Shown: positions 10,071 through 20,608 of the stretch, piece by piece | Layout of the letters: each line of letters opens with the position of its first letter | Numbering within the stretch: position 1 is the stretch's first letter | From: Kofleriaceae bacterium | GTDB taxonomy: Bacteria > Myxococcota_A > Polyangia > Haliangiales > Haliangiaceae | Direction of reading: 5' to 3' | Length of the DNA stretch: 64,000 nucleotides | NCBI GenBank assembly: GCA_965215005.1 | Contig: CBDCCZ010000018.1 | Span: forward strand, 96,001-160,000 | The notes under the pieces: model-generated | Told to the model about the DNA's origin: nothing | The model's database searches: none | Seen by the model: the letters and a program-made list of their open reading frames with translations, nothing else | Made by a program: the position numbers and the translations under genes

Positions 10071-10943
10071 ATGACCACTCCAACTTCACGCCGTATCGGG
10101 CTCGATACCGGCCTCACACTGCACGTGCTCGAGTGGCAGCCGCAGAAGAGCTGCGAGCACACCGTGGTGTTGGTTCACGGCTTTCTGGATTCGGCGTGGG
10201 GCTGGCAGCCAATGATGCAAACGGGGTTGCTCTCGCACCTGCACGTACTAGCCCCCGACATGCGCGGCCACGGCGACTCTGACTGGGTCGGCGCCGGCGG
10301 CTACTACCATTTCCTCGACTACCTCGCGGACTTGCGCTCGCTTCTTGCCCGGCTCGGCCGCACCCGCATCTCGCTCGTCGGTCACTCCATGGGCGGCACC
10401 ATCTGCGGCTACTACGCCGGCGCGTTTGCCGATGAGATCTACAAGCTCGCGCTCTTGGAGGGCCTGGGGCCGCCGCAAACGCAAACCCCTGTACCCGAGC
10501 GCGTACGCAACTGGACCGACGGTTGGCGACGAGCTCGCACCGCTGCGAGCCGCACCTACCCTTCCCTCGATGATGCGGCCGCGCGGCTGCGTCACCACGA
10601 CCCGCTCCTAGACGCTGAGCTAGCGCGCTGGATCGCTGAGAAAAGCACTGTCGCCGACACCACAGGCTTCCGCTTCAAGCACGACCCACTTCATCTCACC
10701 CGCGGTCCCTATCCGTTTCGCCTCGACGTCGCTCAAGAGTTTTGGCAGCGCGTTCGCTGCCCCGTGCTGCTCATCGACGCCGAGAAATCCTTCGTTCGCA
10801 CCGCCGATGACGAGATGCGCCGGCGAGCAGCCAACTTCAAAGCGCCCGAGCACGCGCTCTTGGCCAACGCTGCCCACATGATGCAGCGCCACCAGCCACG
10901 CGCACTTGCCGAGCGGCTCACAACGTTCCTGACCGACGACTAG
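10071..10943 (+). CDS. Alpha/beta hydrolase
   Basis: LVHGF, DMRGHGDS, GHSMGG nucleophile elbow, C-terminal His (AAHMM). Confidence 0.92.
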   Translation: MTTPTSRRIGLDTGLTLHVLEWQPQKSCEHTVVLVHGFLDSAWGWQPMMQTGLLSHLHVLAPDMRGHGDSDWVGAGGYYHFLDYLADLRSLLARLGRTRISLVGHSMGGTICGYYAGAFADEIYKLALLEGLGPPQTQTPVPERVRNWTDGWRRARTAASRTYPSLDDAAARLRHHDPLLDAELARWIAEKSTVADTTGFRFKHDPLHLTRGPYPFRLDVAQEFWQRVRCPVLLIDAEKSFVRTADDEMRRRAANFKAPEHALLANAAHMMQRHQPRALAERLTTFLTDD

Positions 10944-11062
10944 CAACTCGCCAGGCAAATCGCTAGCGGTTCACGGAGGCGTCGTACTGGTCGCCTGCCG
11001 CTAGCGCCTCGCACGCCGCAAAGGCGCGCCGGTGCTACCGGCTTGCGGTACCATCGATCGCC

Positions 11063-13855
11063 GTGGAACCGCTCGACGCCCTGCTCTGGAACAATCCCGC
11101 TTACGTCGACGACCTGTACCGCCGGTATCAGCGCGATCCATCCGCGGTCGATGCCTCCTGGCGGGCGGTGTTCGCGACCCTGGCGCGCGATCCGAGTCAT
11201 CGCGCGCCACCGCTGTTTCTCACCACCAGCGGCGGGTTGCCCGATGGTCTGCGCAAAGAGAGCCTCGAGGCCGGCATTCAGATCTACGACCTGGTGCACA
11301 CCTTTCGCGAGTACGGCCATTTGATCGCGCAGATCGATCCTCTGGGCCGCGGCGCCACCAGGCACCCCTTCCTCGATCTCGGCGCGTTTGGCTTTAGCGA
11401 AGAGGATCTCGACCAGGTCGTGCAGTGTGAAGGCTTTCACGGCGCCGAGTCCGCGACGGTTCGCGAGTTCATCGACATCCTCCGCGAGACCTACTGCGGT
11501 CCCATCGGCGTCGAGTACATGGACCTCATGGATAAGGATCAGCGCGATTGGCTGCAAGCGCGCATGGAGCCGCTGCGCAACCGTCCGCAGTTATCGAGCG
11601 CCAAGAAGCGCGCCTTGCTCGAACGGGTCGTCGCCGCCGACACGTTCGAAGAGACGCTCCATCGCATGTACCCGGGCGCCAAGCGCTTCTCTCTCGAAGG
11701 TGGCACCACTCTCGTCACCTTGCTCGATGAGATTCTCGAAGCGGCGGGCGATGACGTCGTTGAGCAAATCGTCGTCGGGATGGCGCATCGCGGCCGACTC
11801 AACGTGCTGCATCACATCCTCCGCAAGCCCATCGAGTACCTCTTGAGCGAGTTCGAAGGTCGACCGCTGGCCAGTCAGATGCAGGGCTATGGCGACGTCA
11901 AGTATCACATGGGCTATTCGTCGGACTGGACCGCCCCGAGCGGCCGCGTCCTGCATTTGTCCATGGCGTTCAACCCGAGTCACCTCGAGGTCGTCAATCC
12001 CGTCGTAGAAGGAATGGTGCGCGCCAAGCAGGCACAGCTCGGCGATGACGACCGCGCCAAAGTAGTGCCTATCCTGCTGCACGGCGACGCAGCATTTCCT
12101 GGCCAAGGCGTCGTCGCCGAGACCTTCACCCTCGCTGGGCTCGATGGCTACTGCACCGGCGGCACCGTCCACATCATCGTTAACAATCAGGTCGGCTTCA
12201 CCGCCAATCCCGACGAAAGCCGCTCGACTCGCTATGCGTCCGATCTGGCGAAGATCGTCCGCGCGCCGGTGTTTCACGTCAACGCAGATCATCCCGAGGC
12301 AGTCGCGCTGGTGGCCAAGCTCGCGTTCGGCTACCGGCAAACCTTTCACCACGACGTCGTCATCGATCTGGTGTGCTTTCGGCGTCATGGCCACAACGAG
12401 ATGGACGACACCACCTTCACTCAGCCGGTGATGGCCTCACTCATTCGCCGCCATCCCAGCGTCTCCGCTTGCTATGCGACCAAGCTCGAGCGCGCAGACA
12501 TTCTCACGGCCGCCGACACCGAGGCGATGCGGCAGCGCGTGCGCGACGGTATGCGCACGGCCCGGGAAACCGCGCGTACCATGCCGGCGCAGGTGCTTCA
12601 GCGATTCGGCGGCGCGTGGAAGGGGCTCCGCGAGGCGGGAACCGAGTGGGATGCCGACACCGCGGTTTCGGCCGAGGTGCTGCAACATATCGCCGAATCG
12701 CTGGTGCGAGTCCCCGAGGGCTGGAACTGGCACCAGCGCCTCAAGCGACTCATGGAAGAACGAGCCGCGATGGTCACCGAGGCCGGAAATCTGGACTGGG
12801 GCTGCGCCGAAGCGATGGCTCTGGGCTCGCTGCTACTCGAATCCACGCCGGTTCGCGTCTCCGGCCAAGATGCTGGCCGCGGCACCTTTAGTCATCGCCA
12901 CGCGATCTATGCCGACCTGGTGACGGGGGCGCGCCACGTGCCACTCAACCACATCGCGTCCCAGCAAGCCGCGCTCGAAATTCTCAACAGTCCACTCTCA
13001 GAAGAGGCCGTGCTCGGCTTCGAGTACGGCTATTCCACCGCGGATCCTTGGACGTTGGTGGTTTGGGAGGCGCAGTTCGGCGACTTCGCCAATGGCGCCC
13101 AAGTCATCATCGATCAGCTCATCGCCAGCTGTGAGTACAAATGGGGCCGCATGTCGGGGCTGGTGCTGCTGTTGCCGCACGGCTATGAAGGTCAGGGGCC
13201 TGAGCACTCCTCGGCGCGCCTCGAGCGCTTCCTCGAGCTGTGCGCCGAGAACAACATGCAGGTCTGCAATCTCACCACTCCGGCGCAGTACTTCCACGTC
13301 TTGCGTCGCCAGATGCACCGGCCGTTTCGCAAGCCGCTCATCATCATGAGCCCCAAGAGCTTGTTGCGTCATCCACAGGCGGTATCGCCGCTGTCGGCGC
13401 TCACCGACGGCAGCTTTGCTCCCATCATTGCCGACGATTCCATCGCCGATCACGACGACGTCGAGCGCGTGTTGATGTGCTCCGGCAAGATCTATTATCC
13501 ACTCCTACAGGCGCGGCAGGAGCGCGGGATCACCGACGTGCCTATCGTTCGCCTCGAGCAGCTCTACCCCTACCCTCTGGACGATGCGAGCCGCATCTTG
13601 GCGAGCTATCCCAATCTTCACACGCTGGTATGGGTGCAAGAAGAGCCACGCAACATGGGTGCATGGCGCAATCTGTTGCATCGCTTCGAGCAGAGCCTAC
13701 CGCCGGGCGTGGCGCTCGAGTACGCGGGTCGCGACTCGCGCGCCACCCCAGCCACCGGCATGGTCGAGGTGCATCGCAGCGAAGAAGCCGAGCTGGTCGA
13801 GCTCGCATTGACCCCCGGCCAGCACGCTCGCTTGGTGCGGCGGCGAGTCGGCTGA
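11063..13855 (+). CDS. sucA: 2-oxoglutarate dehydrogenase E1 component
   Basis: KRFSLEG, GMAHRGRLN, GDVKYH, NPSHLE, HGDAAF, RRHGHNE, WEAQFGDF, HGYEGQGPEHSSAR, PKSLLR. Confidence 0.97.
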   Translation: MEPLDALLWNNPAYVDDLYRRYQRDPSAVDASWRAVFATLARDPSHRAPPLFLTTSGGLPDGLRKESLEAGIQIYDLVHTFREYGHLIAQIDPLGRGATRHPFLDLGAFGFSEEDLDQVVQCEGFHGAESATVREFIDILRETYCGPIGVEYMDLMDKDQRDWLQARMEPLRNRPQLSSAKKRALLERVVAADTFEETLHRMYPGAKRFSLEGGTTLVTLLDEILEAAGDDVVEQIVVGMAHRGRLNVLHHILRKPIEYLLSEFEGRPLASQMQGYGDVKYHMGYSSDWTAPSGRVLHLSMAFNPSHLEVVNPVVEGMVRAKQAQLGDDDRAKVVPILLHGDAAFPGQGVVAETFTLAGLDGYCTGGTVHIIVNNQVGFTANPDESRSTRYASDLAKIVRAPVFHVNADHPEAVALVAKLAFGYRQTFHHDVVIDLVCFRRHGHNEMDDTTFTQPVMASLIRRHPSVSACYATKLERADILTAADTEAMRQRVRDGMRTARETARTMPAQVLQRFGGAWKGLREAGTEWDADTAVSAEVLQHIAESLVRVPEGWNWHQRLKRLMEERAAMVTEAGNLDWGCAEAMALGSLLLESTPVRVSGQDAGRGTFSHRHAIYADLVTGARHVPLNHIASQQAALEILNSPLSEEAVLGFEYGYSTADPWTLVVWEAQFGDFANGAQVIIDQLIASCEYKWGRMSGLVLLLPHGYEGQGPEHSSARLERFLELCAENNMQVCNLTTPAQYFHVLRRQMHRPFRKPLIIMSPKSLLRHPQAVSPLSALTDGSFAPIIADDSIADHDDVERVLMCSGKIYYPLLQARQERGITDVPIVRLEQLYPYPLDDASRILASYPNLHTLVWVQEEPRNMGAWRNLLHRFEQSLPPGVALEYAGRDSRATPATGMVEVHRSEEAELVELALTPGQHARLVRRRVG

Positions 13856-13876
13856 CGGCTCGCCGCGGCCGTTGCG

Positions 13877-14359
13877 CTACGCAGCCGGGCTGGTCTCGGA
13901 GCTTCCCGGCGCCGCGCCGAGGTGACGCTCGAGGAGTCTGCCGAGCTCGGGCACGGCCTCGACCACGTTCTTTTTCGCCGAGCCGCGAATCTTTTGATAC
14001 GCCTTGCGCGCCGTGGTGTGACGCGTGGTCTCTGCTCGGGCGTCGGTGACCGCCAGCAGCTCTTCGGCAACGTCCTCGGAGCGGGCAGTCACCAGCTCAG
14101 CGAACGAGCCGCCGCCGGCTTGCCACTTCTCATAATACGGTTGCAGCTTCACCAGCCAATCATCGAGCAGCGCGTCGATGACCTCGGGGACGAACTGCTT
14201 CTTGATCGCCTTGATGCTGCCGTACGCGCCCTTGATGGCGAGTCCAGACAGGCCGCTCTTGGCGCGAACCTGCGCATCCACGAGCGTCACGCATTCTGCG
14301 ATCACGCGCGAGCGCGCTGGCTCGCTTCCAAGACGCTCTTTCAAGCTCTGCTCGGACAT
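13877..14359 (-). CDS. DUF6918-like helical protein
   Basis: [32 protein letters not shown] and [10 protein letters not shown] pattern; start at ATG 14359 after a GGGA RBS. Confidence 0.75.
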   Translation of the reverse strand: MSEQSLKERLGSEPARSRVIAECVTLVDAQVRAKSGLSGLAIKGAYGSIKAIKKQFVPEVIDALLDDWLVKLQPYYEKWQAGGGSFAELVTARSEDVAEELLAVTDARAETTRHTTARKAYQKIRGSAKKNVVEAVPELGRLLERHLGAAPGSSETSPAA

Positions 14360-14429
14360 CGGATTCCCTTCCTGTTGCTCTCGGTGCTCGCCGAGCACCC
14401 ATCATGGGCACGGCCATCGGCGCGCGGCG

Positions 14430-14996
14430 TCATAGCTCAAATCCATATCGTTCACACCGGCGACGCATCTGCATTTGGTCGCGCTCCGGCAGTCGCTCGT
14501 TGTGCGCCTTGGCCACCTCGATCTCACCCATCATGCACGCCGAGGATACGACGACGCGAAGCATACGGCTGTTCTGGGGCTCGCGCTCTAGGAGCTCGAG
14601 CGCGGCCTCCATGGCGCCTTCATAGTCGCGGCGGTCGTAGAGCGCATTGGTTTCGTCCATCGCGGTGGTGAGATCTGCGGACGCCACTGGCTCGCCGCGC
14701 TCGATGGTCGGCGGCAAAGCGATGGCCGGAGCCTCCGCAGCGATCGACGGTGCCGTCGCATCGTCGCGCTCGTCTGAAGCGCTAGCCACGACCCGCGCCT
14801 TCGGCGAGGACTCGAAGGCCGGCGTGGTCGCGGGTGCAGGCGCTTGTTGCCGCCGCTGAAACTCTGCTTGGGCGCGGGCAAGCGCGTCAGCATCGGGCTG
14901 CATCGCGGGCTGAGCACCGACGCGAACGAGCAACACGCCGAGCGCGACGACTACCAATGCCCCGGTCAGGGGGAGCATGAAGTTGCGGGGTTGCAT
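14430..14996 (-). CDS. Membrane-anchored protein with a C-terminal TPR-like helical domain
   Basis: N-terminal TM, Pro/Ala linker, ALYDRRDYEGA...SACMMGE...RCERYG. Confidence 0.65.
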   Translation of the reverse strand: MQPRNFMLPLTGALVVVALGVLLVRVGAQPAMQPDADALARAQAEFQRRQQAPAPATTPAFESSPKARVVASASDERDDATAPSIAAEAPAIALPPTIERGEPVASADLTTAMDETNALYDRRDYEGAMEAALELLEREPQNSRMLRVVVSSACMMGEIEVAKAHNERLPERDQMQMRRRCERYGFEL

Positions 14997-15230
14997 GACT
15001 TCGAACCTCGCCAAGCGACCTCCTTTTGTACCACGCGGCCGTTGCGCCATCCACGCCTGCTGGGCGCGGCAGCAGTGCCGCACGCCCGCGGCGGCTCGCG
15101 AGACAGCGGCCCGAATCGCCGGGGATCGCGCACCAGGACCGCTACGAGTCTGAAATGCCATGAAAACGCCTGACTAGAGCGGCTCCCGCCGACTTGGCGC
15201 CGGTGGGTGAGGCGAGTATGCTGCCGCGCG

Positions 15231-16784
15231 ATGAGACAGCTGGCCAGCTATGTCAACGGCGCCTGGTTCCGCGGTAGCGGCTCGGCGCAGACCCTCGTCA
15301 ACCCCTCCACCGAGGAGCCCATCGCAGAGACCTCCACCGCGGGCATCGATTTTGCCTCGGTCGTCGACTACGCGCGCCATAAAGGAGGTCCGGCCCTGCG
15401 CGAGCTCACCTTTGCGGAGCGAGGGGCGCTCCTCGATGCGATGGCCAAGGCGATTTCCACGGGGCGCGAAGAGCTCATCGCGCTCGCGCTGGAGAACGGC
15501 GGCAACACCCGCGGGGACGCGAAGTTCGACATCGATGGCGCCGGCGTGACGCTGGCGTACTACGCCGAGCTCGGTCGCTCGCTCGGCGATACCCGGGTGA
15601 TCGTCGATGGCGACGGCGAGCAGGTCGGACGAACCGCGCGCCTCTATGGGCAACATATCCTCACGCCGCGGCAAGGCGTGGCCGTGCACATCAACGCGTT
15701 CAACTTCCCTGCTTGGGGTCTGGCTGAAAAAGCAGCCGTGGCGCTGCTAGCAGGTATGCCGGTCGTCTCGAAGCCCGCTACCGCCACCGCGGTGGTCGCG
15801 CACCGGATGATGGAGCTATTCGTCGAGGCCAAGATTCTGCCCGACGGCGCGCTGTCGTTCCTTTGCGGCGGCGTCGGTGACCTGCTGACGCATCTTCGCG
15901 GGCAGGACGTTCTCGCGTTCACCGGGTCGAGCGATACGGCGATGAAGCTGCGCAGCGGTGAGTCGGTGCTGTCGCACTCGGTGCACGTCAACATCGAGGC
16001 CGACAGCCTCAACGCTGCGGTGCTCGGACCAGATGTCGAGCCAGGCTCGGAAACGGAGCAGCTGTTCTTCGCTGATGTCGTTCGCGACATAACGCAGAAG
16101 ACCGGGCAGAAGTGCACGGCGATTCGTCGGGTCTACGTCCCCGCCAAACGAGCGGCCGCCGTTGGCGAAGAGCTGGCGGCACGATTGCGTGAGATCGTGG
16201 TCGGCGACCCGGCGACCGAAGGCGTGCGAATGGGACCGCTGGCGACGGCACAACAGCTTCGCGACGTCCGCAGTGGCATTGCGAGACTGGCCGAGGCAAC
16301 CAAGGAAGTCATGGGCGGCTCGGGCGACATCAGCGCCAAGAGCGTACCGGCGGGAAAAGGCTACTTTTGCGGTCCTGTGCTGCGTCACACCGATGATCCG
16401 GCCAGCTGCGCTCCGCTCAACGAGCACGAGGTGTTCGGACCGGTGGCCACGATTGGAAGCTACTCGGGCAGCGCGAAAGACGCGGCGCGGCTGGTGCAGC
16501 TCGGTGCCGGCGGCTTGGTCGCTTCGGTGTACAGCGACGAGCGCGCGTTCTTGACCGAAATCGTGCCGGCGCTGGCGGCGTTTCACGGGCGGCTGTATCT
16601 GGGGTCGGCGAAGATGGCTTCGCAGTCGCCGGGCCCGGGCACGGTGCTACCGATGCTCACGCACGGCGGGCCAGGACACGCCGGCGGCGGCGAGGAGCTC
16701 GGTGGTGTTCGCGGGATGGCGCTCTATCAGCAGCGCACGGCTCTGCAAGGCGACAAAGGAATCCTCAAGAAGCTGATTGAGTGA
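15231..16784 (+). CDS. 3,4-dehydroadipyl-CoA semialdehyde dehydrogenase-like aldehyde dehydrogenase (BoxD / PaaZ ALDH domain)
   Basis: [32 protein letters not shown] (catalytic Cys), [20 protein letters not shown]; no MaoC domain. Confidence 0.88.
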   Translation: MRQLASYVNGAWFRGSGSAQTLVNPSTEEPIAETSTAGIDFASVVDYARHKGGPALRELTFAERGALLDAMAKAISTGREELIALALENGGNTRGDAKFDIDGAGVTLAYYAELGRSLGDTRVIVDGDGEQVGRTARLYGQHILTPRQGVAVHINAFNFPAWGLAEKAAVALLAGMPVVSKPATATAVVAHRMMELFVEAKILPDGALSFLCGGVGDLLTHLRGQDVLAFTGSSDTAMKLRSGESVLSHSVHVNIEADSLNAAVLGPDVEPGSETEQLFFADVVRDITQKTGQKCTAIRRVYVPAKRAAAVGEELAARLREIVVGDPATEGVRMGPLATAQQLRDVRSGIARLAEATKEVMGGSGDISAKSVPAGKGYFCGPVLRHTDDPASCAPLNEHEVFGPVATIGSYSGSAKDAARLVQLGAGGLVASVYSDERAFLTEIVPALAAFHGRLYLGSAKMASQSPGPGTVLPMLTHGGPGHAGGGEELGGVRGMALYQQRTALQGDKGILKKLIE

Positions 16785-16790
16785 TTGCGC

Positions 16791-16821
16791 AAAGAGCCGG
16801 GTGGTCGCGTCCGGCTCTTTT
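16791..16821 (+). terminator. Intrinsic (probably bidirectional) terminator
   Basis: AAAGAGCCGG-N10-CCGGCTCTTTT just after the ALDH stop. Confidence 0.75.
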
Positions 16822-17049
16822 CAACTTGCATGCAACGCGAGGGCGAGCGGCGAGCCAGAAATCTAGCCTCGCGCAGGATGCGGCGTCGTTCTTCCGCTGC
16901 GGGGCGCCCCACCAGTGAGGCCCGACAGGATTGACTCTTGTCGTTCCGCCACAGTGTGCCGCTCCGCATCCTGGGGTATTCCCTTCATTTTGTTCGCGTC
17001 GTGCCGCGCTGCGCCATCGCGCTGCGCCGTAGCGTCGGTCGCTCTGCGG

Positions 17050-17065
17050 TGGTGTCGGCCTTGCA
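17050..17065 (+). promoter_or_regulatory. Candidate sigma54 -24/-12 promoter of the BON gene
   Basis: TGGTGTCGGCCTTGCA (GG-N10-GC), ~60 nt upstream of ATG 17126, which has an AAAGGAG RBS. Confidence 0.5.
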
Positions 17066-17125
17066 ACCAGCGTGGCCACTCGCTGAAGCAGCGAGCACAG
17101 ACACCTCCGAACAAAGGAGCGAATC

Positions 17126-19039
17126 ATGTACGAAACGAATCAGTCGGACGATCGCCGCTATCGTCCTTATCGCGAATATGAGTTTGGCTATGAGCAACGT
17201 GGATCCCGCGGCATGCCACGGCGAGAACGGCGCGGCCTTCTCCGCTCGGTTGCTCACGGGCTTGGCTCCTTTCTTCAGCGGTGGGCCAACCGCGGTGCCG
17301 AGCAGATGTATCGCGTCGGTAATTGGGCGGAGCGAGGTGGCGAGCGCGCTCAGGAGTGGGCTGAGCGCGGTGGTCATCAGCTCGAACGAATGGGTGAGAA
17401 TGGCGGCGAGCAAATCGAGCGCATGGGCGAGCGCGCCGCGCAGATGGGCGAAGGATCCATGCACGGTGAGCAGCGCCAGCGCGTTCCGGTGGGCTACGTG
17501 CGCGAGTACTACGACGAGTCGGGAAGGTATGAGCAACCGCCGATTCACTATGGCCGGCAGAGGAATGAGGGGCGCTATCGCAACTTGAGCTACGGCGGCG
17601 GGCGCGACGGAAGCGAGGGCGAAGAGCGCTTCGGCTCGAGCCGCATGAGCGGCAGCGACGACAGCGACCGCTCCTACAGCCGCGGCTACGAAGGCTACGG
17701 CTACGGCCGCGACCAGCGCTTCGGCTCGAGCCGCATGAGCGGCAGCGACGACAGCGATCGCTCCTACAGCCGCGGCTACGAAGGCTACGGCTACGGCCGC
17801 GACCAGCGCTTCGGCTCTAACCGCATGAGCGGCAGCGACGACAGCGACCGCTCCTACAGCCGCGGCTACGAAGGCTACGGCTACGGCCGCGACCAGCGCT
17901 TCGGCTCTAACCGCATGAGCGGCAGCGACGATAACGACCGCTCCTACGACTACGGCATCGGCTCGCAGTCCCGCGGAGTTGGCTACGACAGAGCCGATCG
18001 CGAGCAAGAGCGCGAATTCTCGCGTCAACGTGGTCGTGAAACCGGCGGCTATAGAGCCCAGCAACGCGGCAACCAGGACCTCGATCTCGAGCGCTACGCG
18101 GAGACCGAACAGCCTCGGTTCACTCCCAACATGAGTGACGGAGGCCGCCGAGGGCAGTATGAGAGCTTCGGCTACGAAGGACGGCAACAGGGCTACGGCC
18201 AGGACTTCGGCCAGCAAGGCATCTCGGGGCAAGGCATGTCAGGACGGGGCTACGGCCAGAATCTCGGCCAGGGCATGTCAGGCCAGGGCTACGGCCAAGG
18301 CATGTCAGGCCAAGGCTACGGCCAAGGCATGTCAGGCCAAGGCTACGGCCAAGGCATGTCAGGCCAAGGCTACGGCCAAGGCATGTCAGGCCAAGGCTAC
18401 GGCCAAGGCATGTCAGGCCAAGGCATGTCGAGCCAAGGCTACGGCCAGGGCATGTCGAGCCAAGGCTACGGCCAGGGCATGTCGAGCCAAGGCTACGGCC
18501 AAGGCATGTCAGGCCAAGGCTACGGCCAAGGCATGTCAGGCCAAGGCTACGGCCAGAATCTCGGCCAAGGCATGTCGCTCTCGGGGTCCGGGCGAGACAT
18601 GAGCCAACAGCTCGGGGGACAGGACTCCAACCAGGGCGAGCAGCAGTCGTCGCTAACCGGCGTCTCCGGGCAGATGATGCGTGGCCCGCACACCGGCCGC
18701 GGCCCCAAGGGCTATCGGCGCAGCGACGAGCGCATCCGCGAGGATGTTAACGAGGCGCTATCGAGCGGGAGCGTTGATGCCAGCGACATCGAGGTCGAAG
18801 TAGACCAAGGCGAAGTGACGCTCAAAGGCAACGTCTCGCGCCGCGATTGGAAGCGGATCGCCGAAGATCTCTGCGCTGAGGTAAGCGGCGTAAGCGATGT
18901 GCGCAATGAGATTCGGGTGAAGACGGAGCAGCAGAGCACCACCGACGAAACCAAATCAAGCGTCTCGATTGGCCCCCGCATCAACGAGAAGAGCTCGAGC
19001 TTCGAAGCCCTCTCCGAGACTGTGCGCGAACGTCACTAG
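17126..19039 (+). CDS. BON domain protein with long low-complexity tandem repeats
   Basis: C-terminal [18 protein letters not shown]...[17 protein letters not shown]...[11 protein letters not shown] (BON); strong RBS. Confidence 0.9.
   Translation: MYETNQSDDRRYRPYREYEFGYEQRGSRGMPRRERRGLLRSVAHGLGSFLQRWANRGAEQMYRVGNWAERGGERAQEWAERGGHQLERMGENGGEQIERMGERAAQMGEGSMHGEQRQRVPVGYVREYYDESGRYEQPPIHYGRQRNEGRYRNLSYGGGRDGSEGEERFGSSRMSGSDDSDRSYSRGYEGYGYGRDQRFGSSRMSGSDDSDRSYSRGYEGYGYGRDQRFGSNRMSGSDDSDRSYSRGYEGYGYGRDQRFGSNRMSGSDDNDRSYDYGIGSQSRGVGYDRADREQEREFSRQRGRETGGYRAQQRGNQDLDLERYAETEQPRFTPNMSDGGRRGQYESFGYEGRQQGYGQDFGQQGISGQGMSGRGYGQNLGQGMSGQGYGQGMSGQGYGQGMSGQGYGQGMSGQGYGQGMSGQGYGQGMSGQGMSSQGYGQGMSSQGYGQGMSSQGYGQGMSGQGYGQGMSGQGYGQNLGQGMSLSGSGRDMSQQLGGQDSNQGEQQSSLTGVSGQMMRGPHTGRGPKGYRRSDERIREDVNEALSSGSVDASDIEVEVDQGEVTLKGNVSRRDWKRIAEDLCAEVSGVSDVRNEIRVKTEQQSTTDETKSSVSIGPRINEKSSSFEALSETVRERH
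17625..17947 (+). repeat. 90-bp coding tandem repeat, ~3.6 copies
   Basis: Units start at 17625, 17715, 17805 and 17895; encode RFGS(S/N)[25 protein letters not shown]. Confidence 0.95.
18227..18577 (+). repeat. 27-bp coding tandem repeat, roughly 11-12 units, encoding GQGMS(G/S)QGY
   Basis: Iterated ggccaaggcatgtcaggccaaggctac with a few variant or partial units. Confidence 0.95.
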
Positions 19040-19075
19040 ACGCGCCCACTACCGCAGAACCGCACTAGAGCGGGT

Positions 19076-19108
19076 GAGCCGATGGCATCTGCCGTCGGCT
19101 CTTTATTT
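19076..19108 (+). terminator. Intrinsic terminator after the BON gene
   Basis: GAGCCGATGGCA-TC-TGCCGTCGGCTC followed by TTTATTT. Confidence 0.75.
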
Positions 19109-19179
19109 GCGAGGCAACCGCGACCAGGCGGCAGAATCAAGCCAACGCGAGTGCGACAGCGTCCTCAACGCGTTCACAA

Positions 19180-19872
19180 TCAAGGCGCTCGCTGCTCGAG
19201 TAACGTCGAGACCTTCGTGGTCGAGGGTTGCGGGAAGAACAGATAGTTGGCGGTATGGGGCTCAGTGCCGTAGAGACTCGTATAGACACCTGCAGTGAAG
19301 CCGACTGGTGGCGCGGAGATTTCGCCAAAATCGAGGTGCGCGATGCCGTAGGCCGGCAAGATCGACACCAATCGCTGAAACCGCCGCAGCAGCGGTGCAT
19401 CGTACACTCCTGGCCGCGGCACCTCGACCACGAGGTCGCCATCTCCAGCCTCTAGAGACATTGCGGTTTGTTGGACCGCCGCGACCCTCGCCATGTGCGA
19501 GAGGCACACCCGGAGGTACTGCTCGCGGATGACTTCGCCCGCGCCAACTTCAGCGGGCATGGCCACCTCGCCATCGCGCAGCTGAACCAGGCACGGCTCG
19601 CGGCCCACGCACAGCACATAGATGTAGTCGCAGTACTCCTCTGGCCCTCCGGGACGATAGAACGTCGCGGCGCGCAGCTCGGAAGCGAGCTCCTCAGCCA
19701 AAGCGTGGCCGTCGCGCTCATCAACACCGGCGCCGAATCGCGCCAAATCATCGGGTTCGCCCCACGTGCGGCTTGGGTAAAGCCGCGTCAGCTCCTCCTC
19801 GATGCGATGAAACATGACGCCCTTGCGATCGTCACAGCCACTCTTGGACTTGCAGTTGGTGCAGCCAGCCAT
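19180..19872 (-). CDS. Hypothetical protein with an N-terminal CxxCx5C motif
   Basis: 230 aa starting [14 protein letters not shown], further Cys downstream; GC-rich codon usage typical of the backbone. Confidence 0.75.
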   Translation of the reverse strand: MAGCTNCKSKSGCDDRKGVMFHRIEEELTRLYPSRTWGEPDDLARFGAGVDERDGHALAEELASELRAATFYRPGGPEEYCDYIYVLCVGREPCLVQLRDGEVAMPAEVGAGEVIREQYLRVCLSHMARVAAVQQTAMSLEAGDGDLVVEVPRPGVYDAPLLRRFQRLVSILPAYGIAHLDFGEISAPPVGFTAGVYTSLYGTEPHTANYLFFPQPSTTKVSTLLEQRAP

Positions 19873-19919
19873 CGGTGGCAGACCCTAGCACGGCAGCAGG
19901 CTGCTACAATGGCGCCTAG

Positions 19920-20597
19920 ATGCTCGACAAAGAGCTCAAGGACATCCTCCGTCAGACGTTGCAGGCCACTGGCGCGCGCGCCGCGCGCGTGGTTCACGAT
20001 GAGCCCGCCGCCGTGGGCCACATTCGCCCGCTCGGCGCCGGCGCCTTCTTGCACGTCGAGCTCGATACCGAGCTCGAGGAGCTCGAGCCGCTTGGAGCCG
20101 CGCTCGAGCGCACCGCTCGAGCACTTCGGGCTTGCGCTCGCCGCTATGCAGTCTCCCCGGTTCCCGAAATCGCGGTGTCTCCCGGCGACAACACCCCGCG
20201 CGAACGGGTGCTCGAACGAGTAAAGGCCTACCTGAGCGCGCTCTGCAACGTTCAGTACACCCTCAACACGGCGGTGGTGCATCACGGCAACTTGGTGAGC
20301 ACCGCGCACGAGCTCGACGAGCTCCAGGAATCGCGGCTCCCCTTCCTGGTGCGTCTGGTCGACGCCGAGTCGCAGAAGCGCAGCGCCAGCTCACACGCCG
20401 ACGTCTGGGGCCAAGACTATTACGCGCGCAGCTTCTACTACGGCGCCTGCATCATCGCCTTCTTCGACGGTCCATTCGCGCTGGACTTCTTTCGCCATCG
20501 CACCCGCATGGTGGCCCGTGAGCTGTGCGCGCTGTTGCCGATGCTCGACGACCCGCCACCGAGCCCCGCCCAGATCGCGCCGCGGCCTCAAGACTGA
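19920..20597 (+). CDS. Hypothetical protein, possible roadblock/longin-like C-terminal domain
   Basis: 225 aa, divergent from the previous ORF; C-terminal beta-strands followed by an amphipathic helix. Confidence 0.7.
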   Translation: MLDKELKDILRQTLQATGARAARVVHDEPAAVGHIRPLGAGAFLHVELDTELEELEPLGAALERTARALRACARRYAVSPVPEIAVSPGDNTPRERVLERVKAYLSALCNVQYTLNTAVVHHGNLVSTAHELDELQESRLPFLVRLVDAESQKRSASSHADVWGQDYYARSFYYGACIIAFFDGPFALDFFRHRTRMVARELCALLPMLDDPPPSPAQIAPRPQD

Positions 20598-20608
20598 CAC
20601 CCCGCCGC

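Noticed and set aside
16985..18232. 415-aa minus-strand ORF with hydrophobic Ala/Val repeats
   Set aside because: Antisense shadow of the BON-gene repeats; the plus strand has the RBS, a recognisable domain and a terminator
17625..18577. Regular repeats as a possible CRISPR array
   Set aside because: Units are contiguous with no unique spacers, are multiples of 3 within a CDS, and no cas genes are present
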